Positions 62,673 to 64,000 of a stretch of DNA of 64,000 bases are shown here, in pieces. The position numbers and the translations under genes were made by a program. The notes under the pieces were generated by a model. The model saw only the letters and a program-made list of their open reading frames with translations, was not told where the DNA came from and ran no database searches. This DNA is from an uncultured Erysipelotrichaceae bacterium (lineage in GTDB: Bacteria > Bacillota_I > Bacilli_A > RF39 > UBA660): NCBI GenBank assembly GCA_902794075.1, contig CADBGE010000001.1:76603-140602 (forward strand). The letters run 5' to 3'. Numbering within the stretch: the first letter of the stretch is position 1; each line of letters starts with the position of its first letter.

Positions 62673-63277
62673 TCTTTGTACCAATATGGTGTATTTTTTA
62701 TTCCTGAGTGTGCAAACATACCGCGCATATTTTCACATTCTGAAACGTTCCAATTTGATAAGTCACCTACAAATTTTAAATTTATACAGTCATAAAACAT
62801 GCTGTTCATATTTTCAACTTTTGAAACATCCCAATCTGATAAATCTCCAATTGATATTAACTTGTTGCACCATGCAAACATACCGCGCATATTTTCAACT
62901 TTTGAAACATCCCAATTAGATAAGTCTCCCGCTGATTCCAAATTTTCACAGTGATAAAACATATATTCCATGTGTTCAACATTTGAAACATCCCAATCTG
63001 ATATGTCAATATATTCAAATTTTGTTACATCAAATATTCCTACAGTTCCATCATAAAATGAATCAATGTTACTTACATCTACATCGTTAAAGTCAATAGG
63101 ATTCTTCTCTGTACCAGGTCCTTGTTCTTTATATCGTTGTTCTATAATCTTTCTTAACTCTTTAAATGATTTTGGAGCACATGTATATAAGTTGTAATTT
63201 TTATTAATGATTAGCTTTTCATCAAATCGCTGATTGATGATTAATCTTTCATTCAAATATGTCGTGAGTCTTTTCAT
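62669..63277 (-). CDS. DUF285 / BspA-type LRR protein with MKRL leader variant
   Basis: The ATG at 63277 gives MKRLTTYLNERLIINQRFDEKLIINKNYN. Contains repeats such as IDISDWDVSNVEHMEYMFYHCENLESAGDLSNWDVSKVENM. Ends YWYKE. Confidence 0.8.
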   Translation of the reverse strand: MKRLTTYLNERLIINQRFDEKLIINKNYNLYTCAPKSFKELRKIIEQRYKEQGPGTEKNPIDFNDVDVSNIDSFYDGTVGIFDVTKFEYIDISDWDVSNVEHMEYMFYHCENLESAGDLSNWDVSKVENMRGMFAWCNKLISIGDLSDWDVSKVENMNSMFYDCINLKFVGDLSNWNVSECENMRGMFAHSGIKNTPYWYKE

Positions 63278-64000
63278 TCTTTGTACCAATCTGGTATATT
63301 TGTTATTCCTGAATCTTTAAACATATCATCCGTAAACATAACATTTGAAACATCCCATTTAGATAAATCTCCTACTGATTTTAAGTTTATGCATCCATAA
63401 AACATGCATGACATATTTTCACATTTTGAAACATTCCATTTTGATAAATCTCCAATTGATTTTAATTTTTCGCATCCGCTAAACATTTCTACTGTATCTT
63501 CAACACTTGAAACATCCCATTTAGATAAATTTCCAACAGATTCTAATTTATAACAATTACGAAACATATAACTAATATCTTCAACACTAGATACATCCCA
63601 TTTAGATAAATTTCCAATTGTGTTTAAATTATAACATCCATAAAACATATAACTAATATCTTTAACATTTGAAACATTCCATTTTGATAAGTAACCAACC
63701 GATTTTAAATTGTGACAATCAAAAAACACCCCAAACATATTTTCAACACTTGAAACATCCCATCTTGATATGTCAATGTATTCAAACTCAATTTCTTCAA
63801 ATGCGCCTCTATTATTATAAGAAACAAGTGTTTTTAATTTACTAACATCAACATCATTAAAGTCAATAGGTTTCTGTTTTGTCCCAGGTCCTTGTTCTTT
63901 GTATCGTTGTTCTATGATCTTTCTTAACTCTTCAAATGTTGATGGATCACAGGTATATGGATTATTATAATTTTTATTTATAACCAACTTTTCATTCAAA
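63274..64000 (-). CDS. DUF285 / BspA-type LRR protein, 5'-partial (start beyond window end)
   Basis: The reading frame is open to the window edge. The first visible residues, (L)NEKLVINKNYN, are the distal part of the leader. At least 6 LRR units follow. Ends DWYKE, with the stop overlapping the next ATG. Confidence 0.8.
   Translation of the reverse strand, partial: LNEKLVINKNYNNPYTCDPSTFEELRKIIEQRYKEQGPGTKQKPIDFNDVDVSKLKTLVSYNNRGAFEEIEFEYIDISRWDVSSVENMFGVFFDCHNLKSVGYLSKWNVSNVKDISYMFYGCYNLNTIGNLSKWDVSSVEDISYMFRNCYKLESVGNLSKWDVSSVEDTVEMFSGCEKLKSIGDLSKWNVSKCENMSCMFYGCINLKSVGDLSKWDVSNVMFTDDMFKDSGITNIPDWYKE

Noticed and set aside
1-64000. Stop-codon reassignment (TAG or TGA recoding), as seen in some large gut phages
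   Set aside because: ORFs of 1,779 and 2,794 aa and all enzyme genes are intact under the standard code. TAA, TGA and TAG all appear at sensible gene ends. No suppressor anticodon was found among the assignable tRNAs.

Overview
Strongly AT-rich, gene-dense segment (about 65 CDS) of a large tailed-phage genome. It has no ribosomal or bacterial housekeeping genes. Minus-strand modules dominate: NAD-dependent DNA ligase, ClpX-like unfoldase, a dNMP-kinase-like P-loop protein, an Rnl2-like RNA ligase, a T4-style two-subunit type II topoisomerase whose genes are separated by nuclease genes, a T4 beta-glucosyltransferase-like protein, a metallophosphoesterase and a SprT-like protease. Plus-strand islands carry two giant ORFs (1,779 and 2,794 aa), a sigma-70-family factor and a lysis-like module. 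A 926-aa fibre gene lies on the minus strand. Between 39.6 and 52.4 kb there is a phage tmRNA (tag GEDTFALAA) and an array of at least 19 minus-strand tRNA genes, 12 of them with T at anticodon position 34. The same region holds two GIY-YIG endonuclease genes and a tRNA-Arg(UCU) gene split by a 75-nt insertion. It also holds several tRNA-like elements that I cannot fold as cloverleaves, and long spacers that each fold into a helix-closed module. About one third of the proteins share an N-terminal leader, MKSLxxY(I/L)xE(KLVINKNYK), fused to unrelated C-terminal domains, including six DUF285/BspA-type LRR proteins. In some genes the leader carries 1-4 tandem copies of a 33-bp / 11-aa unit (EKLVIFPSQVD). 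A sigma-70-like promoter (TTrAAT-N17-TATATT) recurs upstream of minus-strand units only. The host cannot be assigned from this window. All calls come from manual reading; no tools were run.
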